From positions 1 to 35,058 of the forward strand of contig JANXUN010000242.1 of NCBI GenBank assembly GCA_025356185.1: a DNA stretch of 35,058 bases. Reading direction: 5' to 3'. This document shows, piece by piece, positions 8,740 to 18,093 of the stretch (positions are counted from its first letter, which is position 1; the number at the start of each line of letters is the position of its first letter). This DNA comes from Gemmatimonadaceae bacterium. GTDB lineage: Bacteria; Gemmatimonadota; Gemmatimonadetes; Gemmatimonadales; Gemmatimonadaceae. A model generated the notes under the pieces. The model was not told the origin of the DNA, searched no databases, and worked only from the letters and a program-made list of their open reading frames with translations. Made by a program: the position numbers and the translations under genes.

Positions 8740-10136
8740 GCCGGCACGGAGCGTCCAGCGCGCCCAACACGTTGTTTGCGCCGGTGAACATTTTGTCGCG
8801 CGCCGAAGCACAAGAAATCGCGCAGCGCGCGCTGAAAGCATCACCCGCAGAAGAAACGCGCGTGACCATCAACAGCGGTGCTCGTGCCGACACGCGATTC
8901 GCGCTGAATCAAGTGACGACATCAGGTGAAAATCGCGATACGACGGTGACCATCACGGCGTATCAAGGCAATCGCAGCGCGAGCGTGTCGACGAATCGAC
9001 TCGACGACGCCTCGTTGGCCGCAGCGGCGAAGCAAGCCAACGAAATCGCGAAGTTGGTGCCGCCCAATCCTGAGCGCATGCCGGAGTTGGGCGCGCAAAC
9101 GTACCCAGCGACGCGCGAACGCGTGATCTCGATGCCGACGCCCGCCGAACGCGCGCTCGCGTCCAAGAGCGTCACGGAACTCGCGCGTGCGAACGACTTG
9201 ATCGCAACCGGATTTATTGAGTGCCGCGCAAGCGCTACCGCACTGGCCAACTCGAAGGGTCTGTTTGCATACGATTCGAGTGCAAACGTCACGATGACCG
9301 CGACCGTGCGTTCACCAGACGGCACGGGTTCGGGGTGGGCGTGCAGCGACGGCACCTCATTTGCTGACTTGGATCCCAAACAGGTCGCGGCGACCGCCGT
9401 GCAAAAGGCGCGAGAGTCGCGCAATCCGGTGGCAATAGAACCGGGGCGTTACACGACAATCCTTGAGCCAACCGCCGTCGGAAATTTGGTGCAACTCATT
9501 ACGGGCGCGATGCAAGCTCGCAGCGCCGATGAAGGGCGTTCGTTTTTTTCCAAGCAAGGCGGCGGCAACAAGATCGGCATGAAAGTCGTCGATGATCGTG
9601 TCACACTACTCACCGATCCCGAGGACGCGCCAAGCACGAGCGGCGGCTATGACGGCAGCGGGTTGCCGTTGGAGAAAGTCACGTGGATTGAAAACGGCAT
9701 CGTGAAGACGCTCAACTACGATCGCTTTTGGGCGCAAAAACAAAACGTGCAACCCACACGCGTTGGTGGCGGATTTGGCGGACGTTCGCTGCGCATGATG
9801 GGGGGCACCACAAGCATCGCCGACATGATCAAAGACACGGAGCGCGGCGTGTTGGTCACGCGCTTTTGGTATATTCGTGCCGTCGACCCGCGTACGATTT
9901 TGTACACGGGGCTGACGCGCGACGGCACGTTCTTGATCGAAAACGGCAAGGTGTCGCGTCCGATCAAGAATTTCCGTTTCAACGAATCGCCGATTTTCTT
10001 TTTGAACAACCTGCAAGCGATGGGTCCAACAATTCGTATCAACGCGTCGGAGAATCTTGGTGCGGGTGGGGCGGTCTACATGCCACCCATCAAGGTGCGC
10101 GACTTCACCTTTTCCAGTTTGTCCGACGCAGTGTGA
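8736..10136 (+). CDS. TldD/PmbA family protein (TldE/PmbA-like, non-catalytic partner)
   Basis: ATGA overlap with the tldD stop. TRFALNQ, PGRYTTILEP and TGLTRDGTFLIENGK...NFRFNESP motifs. No HExxxH and no signal peptide. Confidence 0.88.
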   Translation: MSRHGASSAPNTLFAPVNILSRAEAQEIAQRALKASPAEETRVTINSGARADTRFALNQVTTSGENRDTTVTITAYQGNRSASVSTNRLDDASLAAAAKQANEIAKLVPPNPERMPELGAQTYPATRERVISMPTPAERALASKSVTELARANDLIATGFIECRASATALANSKGLFAYDSSANVTMTATVRSPDGTGSGWACSDGTSFADLDPKQVAATAVQKARESRNPVAIEPGRYTTILEPTAVGNLVQLITGAMQARSADEGRSFFSKQGGGNKIGMKVVDDRVTLLTDPEDAPSTSGGYDGSGLPLEKVTWIENGIVKTLNYDRFWAQKQNVQPTRVGGGFGGRSLRMMGGTTSIADMIKDTERGVLVTRFWYIRAVDPRTILYTGLTRDGTFLIENGKVSRPIKNFRFNESPIFFLNNLQAMGPTIRINASENLGAGGAVYMPPIKVRDFTFSSLSDAV

Positions 10137-10141
10137 TATGA

Positions 10142-10855
10142 CTACGAGGCGGCGACGTAGGCGCAGCCGTTGTGCTGCGCCATCGTCACGCCGAAAATGC
10201 CGTTGGGCTGCAGAATGACGCCAGGCACGACCATCGTGAGCGCCTGCGTGCGCGCTTCGCCAAAGGTGAGTTTTTCTTTTTTGGCGACGAGCGACACCAT
10301 GCCACCGAATGCCGCGTTGCAGCCGAGTACAATGACGCCGCGTTCGATCTGTTTGTGCAGCGCCATCGCTGCGAATGATTCGGGGAGCTTGTCTTCCTCG
10401 ACGGTTGCCAACACCGGATTGCGCTTGGTCTTGTTGTCGTTGAAATCGCGCACTTTGTTTTCTTTCGCGATATCGTAGCGCTCCCAAAACTCGTTGTTCA
10501 TGATGAGCGGGATTCCAGCGTGACGAATGACAATGACTGGATTGATATCGGCAATGTCAGCCTTCACGACCGACTTGTAATGATTGACCCAGCTGCCCGC
10601 ACGCCACACGCCGCTGCCGCCGTTAATCGACGGCGTATCAAATACCGCGCGGTATTTGCCCGTGAGCTTTGCCGTCCACGTCGTGTCGAATGGCGTCGGT
10701 GCTGGAGGCTGCTCGCGCATTTCCCAGTCGTCGAATGTGAATGAAACGAACCGCTTGTCGCGGGGTTCAGCCGCATTAAGCAGGGATGGAACGCTGACGG
10801 CGCTGAGGCCGCCGACGGTGAGATGTTGCAAAAACCGACGACGATTGGTCACCAC
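10142..10855 (-). CDS. Tat-exported protein with DsrE/F-like domain
   Basis: NRRRFLQ Tat motif, RAVFDTP, IVIRH, VLGCNAAF (candidate conserved Cys) and VPGVILQPNGIFGV..AQHNGCAYV. Confidence 0.7.
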   Translation of the reverse strand: MVTNRRRFLQHLTVGGLSAVSVPSLLNAAEPRDKRFVSFTFDDWEMREQPPAPTPFDTTWTAKLTGKYRAVFDTPSINGGSGVWRAGSWVNHYKSVVKADIADINPVIVIRHAGIPLIMNNEFWERYDIAKENKVRDFNDNKTKRNPVLATVEEDKLPESFAAMALHKQIERGVIVLGCNAAFGGMVSLVAKKEKLTFGEARTQALTMVVPGVILQPNGIFGVTMAQHNGCAYVAAS

Positions 10856-11014
10856 TGAACTCCGAAGGAGGTTGATGTGTCTTATTACCGGAAGATGAAG
10901 TTCCGGTGAGGATGCTGTAAACCCTATCGCCGGATTGTGTCGTTATCTGCATGATAGGCCGCGCGTGGAATGCCTTGCGCGACCCTCTCCCGCCCCGCCC
11001 CTGTCCCCGCTCCA

Positions 11015-12289
11015 ATGCGTTTTGTCCGTGCGTTCGCATGCTGTGTGCTGTTTTGTGTCTTCGCGAAGGCTGCCGCTGCACAAGCGTCTTCGACGCCGCC
11101 CGACGGGGCGATCAAAGTCTACGTTGACTGCCAGAGCAATGGCTGCGATTACGACTTTTTTCGCGACGAACTGAAATGGGCCAACTTCGTTCGTGATCGA
11201 CTGCTGTCCGACGTGCTACTGCTTGTCACGTCGCTGCGCACCGGTGCTGGCGGCAACGAGTACACGATCGCGGCCATTGGCCAAGATCGCTTCAAGGGGC
11301 GCGCGGACACAGTCGTTGTCGTCGCCGACCCCAACGACGCGAGTGACGTGATTCGACGCAAACTCGCGCGCAACTTTGGATTGCTGCTCGCGCCGTATGC
11401 AGCGCGGACGTCGTACGGACCTAAGCTCTCCATGTCGTATGCCGCGCCCGCTGCGGGCATGGCCGCGTCGGCCCCCTCGAAAGATCGCTGGAATTTCTGG
11501 GTGTATCGTGTGTCTGTAAACGGATACAGCAGCGGCGAGAAACAACAAGCATCGAGCGACGGCTTTGTCAGCGCGAGCGCCAATCGCGTAACGAACGAGC
11601 TCAAAATCTCGACTGGCGCGAACCTCGGCTACAGCCAGAGTCGGTATGACTTGGGCGACGGCACGGTATTTACAAACATTCAGCGCAACTACGGCGGCAA
11701 CGTGCTCATCGCCAAGAGTGTGAACAATCATGTGACGGCGGGCATGACGGCGAGCTATTCATTTTCTGACTACAACAACTACGACCGCAACATTCGCGTA
11801 GCGCCGGCCATCGAATGGAATTTGTTTGACTATAAAGATTTCACCCGACGACAGCTCAGCGCGTTCTACTCGATCGGCATGACGGCTGTGCGCTATCAAG
11901 ACACGACGATCTACAATCGCATAGAGGAAACACGCCCGCAGCACAACATTACGGTATCATGGAACGCTCGACAGCCGTGGGGCTCAGTGAACATGTCGGT
12001 GTTTGGCTCGCAGTTTCTTCACAACCTTTCGTACAATAGCTACGGCGTGAGCGGATTCGTGGATCTTCGGATCGCGAAGGGTCTCGCGTTCAACATGGGT
12101 GGCAACTACTCGCGCGTGAACGATCAATTGTATTTGCGCAAAGGCGAGCTTACGGACAATCAAGTGATCGCGAGACAACAGGCGCTCGCGACCAACTACC
12201 GCTACTTCATGAATTTTGGGCTGAGCTACACCTTCGGCTCGATTTCCAATTCAGTTGTGAATCCGCGCTTTAACGGCTCGCGGTTCTAA
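11015..12289 (+). CDS. Uncharacterised outer-membrane beta-barrel protein
   Basis: Sec signal (AAA-Q), N-terminal VYVDC..GC domain, and many alternating Tyr/Gly/Ser/Asn amphipathic strands ending FGLSYTFG. ATG at 11015 is preferred over 10970. Confidence 0.7.
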   Translation: MRFVRAFACCVLFCVFAKAAAAQASSTPPDGAIKVYVDCQSNGCDYDFFRDELKWANFVRDRLLSDVLLLVTSLRTGAGGNEYTIAAIGQDRFKGRADTVVVVADPNDASDVIRRKLARNFGLLLAPYAARTSYGPKLSMSYAAPAAGMAASAPSKDRWNFWVYRVSVNGYSSGEKQQASSDGFVSASANRVTNELKISTGANLGYSQSRYDLGDGTVFTNIQRNYGGNVLIAKSVNNHVTAGMTASYSFSDYNNYDRNIRVAPAIEWNLFDYKDFTRRQLSAFYSIGMTAVRYQDTTIYNRIEETRPQHNITVSWNARQPWGSVNMSVFGSQFLHNLSYNSYGVSGFVDLRIAKGLAFNMGGNYSRVNDQLYLRKGELTDNQVIARQQALATNYRYFMNFGLSYTFGSISNSVVNPRFNGSRF

Positions 12290-12339
12290 CTGACGTCCGC
12301 AACACCACGTCGCATTAAGGCGAACTCGACGGCGCGTCG

Positions 12340-13092
12340 CTACAGCGCACCGTCGATGTGCACGGCAAACGGAGCACCCATTGCACGCAGCGCTTGTGCC
12401 GCCACGTGTGCAATCATGGTTGCACCCAGCGGCGTGAGATGGGTGTTGTCTTGTCGTGCGAGCGGAAACGCCGGATACTGACCGGCCGAAGTCCACACGT
12501 ACAGTCGCTTTGAGCCCTCCACGCCTTGCGACCGCACAAGCTTTTCCGACAGAGCATTGAGGTCGACCAGCGGCACGTTCAACGTGCGCGCGAGTTCACG
12601 CACGACCTCCGGATACTCGCCGTGCGTGTTTTGCATCGTGCCGTCGGCCGCAAACTGTCGGCGCACAATTGGCGTAAACAAAATCGGCGTCGCGCCGCGC
12701 TCGCGTGTTTCTCGAACAAAGCGAGTAAGATTGTCGCGGTACGCACCGCGCGGCGCAGCGTAGCGTAAAGAATCTTCCGTTTTTTCGTCGTTGTGCCCGA
12801 ACTGAATGACTACCACATCGCCGCGTGCCAACTGCGAGCGCACCGCCTCCCATTTGCCTTCGTCAAGAAAACTCTTTGTGCTGCGGCCGTTGACCGCGTG
12901 ATTGTGAATGTGCGTGTCGCTATCGACAAACTCGGGCAGCTCCTGCCCCCATCCGCGTTCGGGATTGTTGGCCGGATTTGGCTTATCCGCCATCGTGGAA
13001 TCGCCGACTAAAAATATCGTCAACGGCGGCGTGGTCGGCGCCAGCGTTGCGGCGACAAATGCCATCGCAAACAGAATCCCAGTGCGTTGCAT
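12340..13092 (-). CDS. SGNH/GDSL esterase, rhamnogalacturonan acetylesterase-like (CE12)
   Basis: Blocks [24 protein letters not shown] and DNTH, plus an N-terminal signal. Confidence 0.9.
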   Translation of the reverse strand: MQRTGILFAMAFVAATLAPTTPPLTIFLVGDSTMADKPNPANNPERGWGQELPEFVDSDTHIHNHAVNGRSTKSFLDEGKWEAVRSQLARGDVVVIQFGHNDEKTEDSLRYAAPRGAYRDNLTRFVRETRERGATPILFTPIVRRQFAADGTMQNTHGEYPEVVRELARTLNVPLVDLNALSEKLVRSQGVEGSKRLYVWTSAGQYPAFPLARQDNTHLTPLGATMIAHVAAQALRAMGAPFAVHIDGAL

Positions 13093-13110
13093 CGGCGAGT
13101 TGGGTTGCGC

Positions 13111-13689
13111 CTATTGTGGTGTCGCGGGCCCGTTCGAGAGCGCTGCATCGAGCGCCTTACGCATCCCGATTGTGTCCAGCAAAAAACTTCCGGTTTGCAT
13201 CCAACGCACTTTGCCATCTTTGCCGAGTACGAACGTCGTAGGCAATCCAAGTATGCCGTATAACGGATTGATGCGCGCTTCACGATCGTGCGCCACGGGA
13301 AAATGCGTGCCCTGTGCCGCTACAAACCGTCGCACTTTCTCGCTGCCACCTTGATCGACACTCACACCAATCACGCGCACAGCCGACGTTGCGCGCTGCA
13401 GTCGAATTTGCTCGAGTTCAGCAAACTCTTCTCGGCATGATGTACACCACGTGGCCCATACGTTGAGCAACACGACGGAGTCCGATACGCCGCCAATGCG
13501 CATTGCCGCACTGTCGAGCGACGTGGTCGTGAACACCGGTGCGTCCGAGCCGACTCGCAGCGATGCAGCTGACGCGTTTTTGAGCGAATACGTTGACGAC
13601 GCTGCGGACGACCGATCACTCGTGCACGCAGTCGCGCTGATGACGACCGCACTGAACGCGAAGAGGCCGATCGCCGTCCCGCGCATCAC
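13111..13689 (-). CDS. TlpA/ResA family thiol-disulfide oxidoreductase lipoprotein
   Basis: Lipobox-like ATAC, LLNVWATWCTSC, and cis-Pro loop GLPTTFVLGKDG. Confidence 0.9.
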   Translation of the reverse strand: MMRGTAIGLFAFSAVVISATACTSDRSSAASSTYSLKNASAASLRVGSDAPVFTTTSLDSAAMRIGGVSDSVVLLNVWATWCTSCREEFAELEQIRLQRATSAVRVIGVSVDQGGSEKVRRFVAAQGTHFPVAHDREARINPLYGILGLPTTFVLGKDGKVRWMQTGSFLLDTIGMRKALDAALSNGPATPQ

Positions 13690-14735
13690 GGCTTCACGCT
13701 CGCCTTGGCGCCAGCGGGAACCCCCGCTTTCACTTTCGCCGTGAGCGCGTTTGCGCGCGCGACGTGCGTGGTGTCGCCGTCAACATGCTGCACGATCTTT
13801 TCGCCCGCGGGGATGCGCACGGGAATACGATTTTCAGTGGGTGGAAGCGGGCACGTGGTAAAGCCCGAGAACGCGCAGTCGGGGTTGTACGCAAAATTGA
13901 AGTCCAACGCGACGACGTTGGTGAGCGTGTCGACCGCCGCGTGGAGAAAACGAAATCCGTACGTTTCGTCGCCGCTGGTTTCATCGCTGAATGTGAAATA
14001 CAGATCGGTTGGTCCATTCCCAGTAAACGCGATCAGCATAACGGGTTTACCGCCAACGGTTGCCTTTACCTGACCGACGACGATGTGTACTTCGGGGATG
14101 CCGGCGCTCGTGGGCACGGCGAGCGTGTCGGGTTTTGACAGGCGCATCAACGTGCCCGCAACGCGCCACGACGGATCGAGCGGATAGTACGTGAGTGGCA
14201 GGATGGTTTTCGCCGCGGCGTCAGCTGTCGAGCGATCGGCGTCCCACGTGCGCACGCCAACGGAATCCACGCGCCGCATTATTCGAAACCCCGCCGAGCC
14301 TACTTCGACGCGTGAGGCTCCGCCGGAATCGACGTCGGCGCGCAGGTGCCCGGCGACTGCGGGCTGACTATCGATCGTGGCCGCGACACCTGCCGCCGGT
14401 TCAAATCGCACATTCGGCCCTTCGCGAATCAGCGCACCGAGAGTTTTTGGCACGTTGCGACCGGGCAGTCGTACGGCGTTGCTGCTGTCGCCGCCGATCG
14501 TATTTGCACCTTGTCGCAGCCAATGCAGGCCGCTGTACGACAGCGGACGACCCGGCGTTATCAGCCACGTTGCGCGCGACGTTTTCCACGCGGTCCACGC
14601 TAACGTGTGCGAGTCGGTCGACAGCTCGGGAAGCTTCGGCGCGTCGCCACTGCAAGCGGCGACGACGGCGACGGCGACCACGACGACGGGCAGCGTCGCG
14701 ATCCAGCGACGACGTAGCGTGCGAGACGAGTGCAT
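13686..14735 (-). CDS. DUF1684 domain lipoprotein
   Basis: Lipobox VAAC, LSYSGLHWL, FSDETSGDETYG.RFL and LDFNFAYNPDCAFS..TTCPLPP.EN, typical of DUF1684. Confidence 0.85.
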   Translation of the reverse strand: MHSSRTLRRRWIATLPVVVVAVAVVAACSGDAPKLPELSTDSHTLAWTAWKTSRATWLITPGRPLSYSGLHWLRQGANTIGGDSSNAVRLPGRNVPKTLGALIREGPNVRFEPAAGVAATIDSQPAVAGHLRADVDSGGASRVEVGSAGFRIMRRVDSVGVRTWDADRSTADAAAKTILPLTYYPLDPSWRVAGTLMRLSKPDTLAVPTSAGIPEVHIVVGQVKATVGGKPVMLIAFTGNGPTDLYFTFSDETSGDETYGFRFLHAAVDTLTNVVALDFNFAYNPDCAFSGFTTCPLPPTENRIPVRIPAGEKIVQHVDGDTTHVARANALTAKVKAGVPAGAKASVKP

Positions 14736-14824
14736 TGGTGCGGTCGTAAAAGGGTGTAGCCGTGCGCGTTGATTCTGTAAGGTAACGTCCTCCGCGTTCG
14801 GGCTCGAGCCCGGTACATTGTGTC

Positions 14825-15121
14825 ATGCGCGTCTTCCAGCAGTTAGAGCCGCCGGATTCGGTCGCTCACTATCAGGGCGGAGGTCCCCCGAAAGAGCTAT
14901 TCATGATCGTGGTGGCCGCGTTTTTGTACGCGCTCCCCACCATGCTCGCGTTTAAGAGACAGACGGCTCGGCGTTGGCGCATACTCGCGATCAACCTCTT
15001 GCTCGGATGGACCGGGATTGGCTGGATCGCCGCGTTGATCATGACGTACGCGTACGAACCACCGCCTCCGGGGAGTGTACCAGATCGGCCGCACATTCCC
15101 GGAACGCCACGTGACGAGTAA
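14825..15121 (+). CDS. Superinfection immunity protein (T4 Imm-like family)
   Basis: LYALPTMLAFKR...ILAINLLLGWTGIGWIAALI matches the Y.LP...A...N..LGWT..GW..AL family signature. The start may be the internal ATG (MIVVAA). Confidence 0.8.
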   Translation: MRVFQQLEPPDSVAHYQGGGPPKELFMIVVAAFLYALPTMLAFKRQTARRWRILAINLLLGWTGIGWIAALIMTYAYEPPPPGSVPDRPHIPGTPRDE

Positions 15122-15130
15122 CCTCCAGTG

Positions 15131-16873
15131 ATGCGATACCGCATTTTCATTCAAAGTCCTCTGGCCGTTGCCGTCGCGTTGACCACTCTACTGCGACCGA
15201 GTCTGGCGCACGCGCAAGACGCCCCGCCGCGCGACAGTGCGGTGCAAGAGACGCGCTGCGATGGTCGCGTGATTTCCGTCGTCGAGTTTCGACGCGCGTC
15301 GCGCACCATTATCGAAAAGCAGGGCGCGCCCGGATGGCTGCGCGCGATACTGAAGCCGTTGCTTCTGGGCTCGCCGACGCGCGGTGAGGCGGTCGCGCCG
15401 TACATGCAGCTGCATGATGGGGACACCTGTACAGAGCTTCACCGTGCGGAATCGGAACGGTTGTTGCGCGCGCTGCCCTACATTGCCGATGCCAGCGTCC
15501 GCGCCGTTGATGACGCGGACGGCCGGGTGCGCATTGTGGTCGAGACGGTTGACGATATTCGTCCGATTATTGGAGGAGGGCTGCGCAGCTCGCGATTGAG
15601 CAACGCGGAATTCGGCAATTCGAACATCGCAGGTGCTGGCATATTGACGGCGATTCGCTGGCGCGACGGATTCGCGTTTCGCGATGGATACGGTGTGCGT
15701 TTTGCGGATTATCGGTTATTTGGTGGGCCAAACGTCGCGCAGTTTGACGTTGAACGCGCACCCATCGGATCGTCCGTGCAGGCATCAGTCGGTCGACCGT
15801 TCTTTTCTGATTTTCAGCACACCGCGGGATATCTGGGATACGTACGAGACGACGGATACGAATCATTCGTGCGGCCTGAAGGCGATCCGTTGTCGGTGCG
15901 TACGGTGCGTGAACGAGCCGACGCCGGGCTCTCGCTTCGACTCAACCCCCGCGGTCGCGTGAGCATGCTATTGGGTGCGCTCGCAAGCTTGGAGAGACGA
16001 AAGGCCGATGGCAACGCCGTAATCGTGCGCGACACCGCCGTCATCGACACCACGGATGCTGCACTCACGGGTCGCTATGCGGAGCAGCGATCGACGCGCG
16101 TCGGCGTGGTGTTTGGTATCCGCGCGTTGAGCTTTGCAAAAGTGCGCGCGTTTGACGGACTTGAGGGCGCGCAAGACGTTGCCCGTGGCATGCAGATCGC
16201 GACGACTGTTGGCAAAGGTGTTGGTGGACTTGATCGACGCGAATTTGTCACGACGGATTTTTATGTGGGCGCGGGCACTGCGACAACGTTTGTGGGATTC
16301 CGCACGCTGCTCGAAGTACGCCACAATGCCGGCGGTTGGGGCGATGGGGTCGCGAGTGGCCGACTCGCGTGGTACGGTCATCCGTCCGACCGGCGCACAC
16401 GAATCATTTCGCTTGAATACGTCGGTTCGTCGACCGACAGCGTTCCATATCAAATCACCATGTCGGATGCGCAGACCGGACTGCGTGGTTACACGGGATC
16501 TCGATTAGCTGGCGGCCGACGGGCCATTGGACGCATTGAACAGCGATTCATTTTGCCTGGGGTGTCGACGTACCTGGGCTGGGGCTTGGCAGGATTTGTT
16601 GAAGGGGGGGGCATGTGGGCCGCGAAAGTGCCATTTGGCGCAACCGGTTACCGCAGCAGTGTCGGTGTGAGTTTGCTCACGGCCGTACCGCGCGAATCGC
16701 GATCGGTAGCGCGCGTTGATGTCGCGTATCCGCTGGTCAAAGACGTTAACGCGAAAGGCGTCGATATCCGCGTGACGTATTCGCTGACCGGTCGATCGTT
16801 CTGGCGCGAGCCGTCGCAGATTTCGCGCGCGAGACAAGGGACGCCGACGACCGACATTTTTGCGTGGCCGTAA
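15131..16873 (+). CDS. Omp85/BamA-TamA-like outer-membrane protein (POTRA-like N-terminus plus barrel)
   Basis: Signal peptide (AHA-Q), POTRA-like ESERLLRALPYIADASV..VVETVD, the L/VRGY loop motif (GLRGY) and C-terminal strands with RVDVAYPL. Confidence 0.72.
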   Translation: MRYRIFIQSPLAVAVALTTLLRPSLAHAQDAPPRDSAVQETRCDGRVISVVEFRRASRTIIEKQGAPGWLRAILKPLLLGSPTRGEAVAPYMQLHDGDTCTELHRAESERLLRALPYIADASVRAVDDADGRVRIVVETVDDIRPIIGGGLRSSRLSNAEFGNSNIAGAGILTAIRWRDGFAFRDGYGVRFADYRLFGGPNVAQFDVERAPIGSSVQASVGRPFFSDFQHTAGYLGYVRDDGYESFVRPEGDPLSVRTVRERADAGLSLRLNPRGRVSMLLGALASLERRKADGNAVIVRDTAVIDTTDAALTGRYAEQRSTRVGVVFGIRALSFAKVRAFDGLEGAQDVARGMQIATTVGKGVGGLDRREFVTTDFYVGAGTATTFVGFRTLLEVRHNAGGWGDGVASGRLAWYGHPSDRRTRIISLEYVGSSTDSVPYQITMSDAQTGLRGYTGSRLAGGRRAIGRIEQRFILPGVSTYLGWGLAGFVEGGGMWAAKVPFGATGYRSSVGVSLLTAVPRESRSVARVDVAYPLVKDVNAKGVDIRVTYSLTGRSFWREPSQISRARQGTPTTDIFAWP

Positions 16874-16917
16874 CAGCACACCGGTGATGGTGTCATAATG
16901 CGACACGCCGCTCGAAC

Positions 16918-17955
16918 ATGAAGATGACGTTGCGTTGGTATGGCGCATCCGATCGGGTCACACTGCAGCATCTTCGACAGATCCCCACGGTACAGGGGAT
17001 CGTGAGTTCGTTGCACGACGTTGCGGTCGGAACGCCATGGCGTGCGAGCGATGTGATCGATTTGCGCGACACCATTGCGGAGCACGATCTCGCGTTTTCC
17101 GTTGTCGAAAGCATTCCGGTGCATGAAGAGATCAAACTGGGTACGCCTGCCCGCGACCGCTACATTGATGCGTTTTGCGAGAGCGTGACGAGCGTTGGCA
17201 CCGCGGGCGTGCCTGTCGTGTGCTACAACTACATGCCTGTGTTTGACTGGATGCGGACGGCGCTCGAGCTGCCACATGCCGATGGATCAACGTCACTCGC
17301 GTATGATCATGACGAGCTAGAGCGCATTGATCTGTCTCGTGGCACTGGCGGATTGCCAGGGTGGGCCGCGGCCTACGACGCGCACGCCCTGACTGCGCTA
17401 CGAGCCGCATGGCAACGCATGGAGGGTGAAGCGGTCTGGGACTCGCTCGCGTATTTTCTTGAGCGCGTTGTTCCCGTTGCGACCGCAGCGAATGTGAAGT
17501 TGGCCATTCACCCCGACGATCCGCCGTGGTCGATCTTTGGTTTGCCACGCATCATCGTCGACGCGGCTGCACTGCGTCGCGTGTTGTCGCTGGTTGACTC
17601 TCTGGCCAACGGCCTCACGCTGTGTACAGGATCACTCGGTGCGCGCGCCGACAATGATCTGGCAGCGATGGCCGAAGAGTTCGGTGCGCGCGGACAGATT
17701 CACTTTATGCATTGCCGCAACGTAAAGCGGGGGACACCGAAGGCGTTTCGCGAAGTGGCGCATCCTTCGTCGTATGGCGACGTGGACATGTGTGGCGTGT
17801 TAGCAGCGCTCAAGCACAACGGTTTCGCAGGGCCCATGCGACCGGATCACGGGCGCATGATTTGGGGAGAGAAGGGACGTGCTGGGTATGGGCTGTTTGA
17901 CCGTGCACTTGGCGCGACGTATTTGAGTGGGTTGTGGGAAGGCATTCGCGAGTAG
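16918..17955 (+). CDS. uxuA: Mannonate dehydratase
   Basis: MKMTLRWYG, VVESIPVHEEIK, CYNYMPVFDWMRT, IHPDDPP, MRPDHGR and GYGLFDRALGATYL. Confidence 0.96.
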   Translation: MKMTLRWYGASDRVTLQHLRQIPTVQGIVSSLHDVAVGTPWRASDVIDLRDTIAEHDLAFSVVESIPVHEEIKLGTPARDRYIDAFCESVTSVGTAGVPVVCYNYMPVFDWMRTALELPHADGSTSLAYDHDELERIDLSRGTGGLPGWAAAYDAHALTALRAAWQRMEGEAVWDSLAYFLERVVPVATAANVKLAIHPDDPPWSIFGLPRIIVDAAALRRVLSLVDSLANGLTLCTGSLGARADNDLAAMAEEFGARGQIHFMHCRNVKRGTPKAFREVAHPSSYGDVDMCGVLAALKHNGFAGPMRPDHGRMIWGEKGRAGYGLFDRALGATYLSGLWEGIRE

Positions 17956-18093
17956 GCCCTGTTATCGACACAGCTTCACGCTGCCACGACGCGCCTACAA
18001 GATTGACGTCGATGCAACTCGCCTACTGACCGTGGAGTGGATCGACGAAGCCTCGCACCTCGCCGTGTACACCGTACCGGTCGCTTCACGACG

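Noticed and set aside
10887-10907. Inverted repeat ACCGGAA-N7-TTCCGGT in a divergent promoter region
   Set aside because: It could be an operator, but a single 7-bp IR with no second copy or cognate regulator seen is too weak to call.
14825-15121. Prophage around the Imm-like gene
   Set aside because: No integrase, structural, lysis or replication genes, and no evident att repeats or composition shift.
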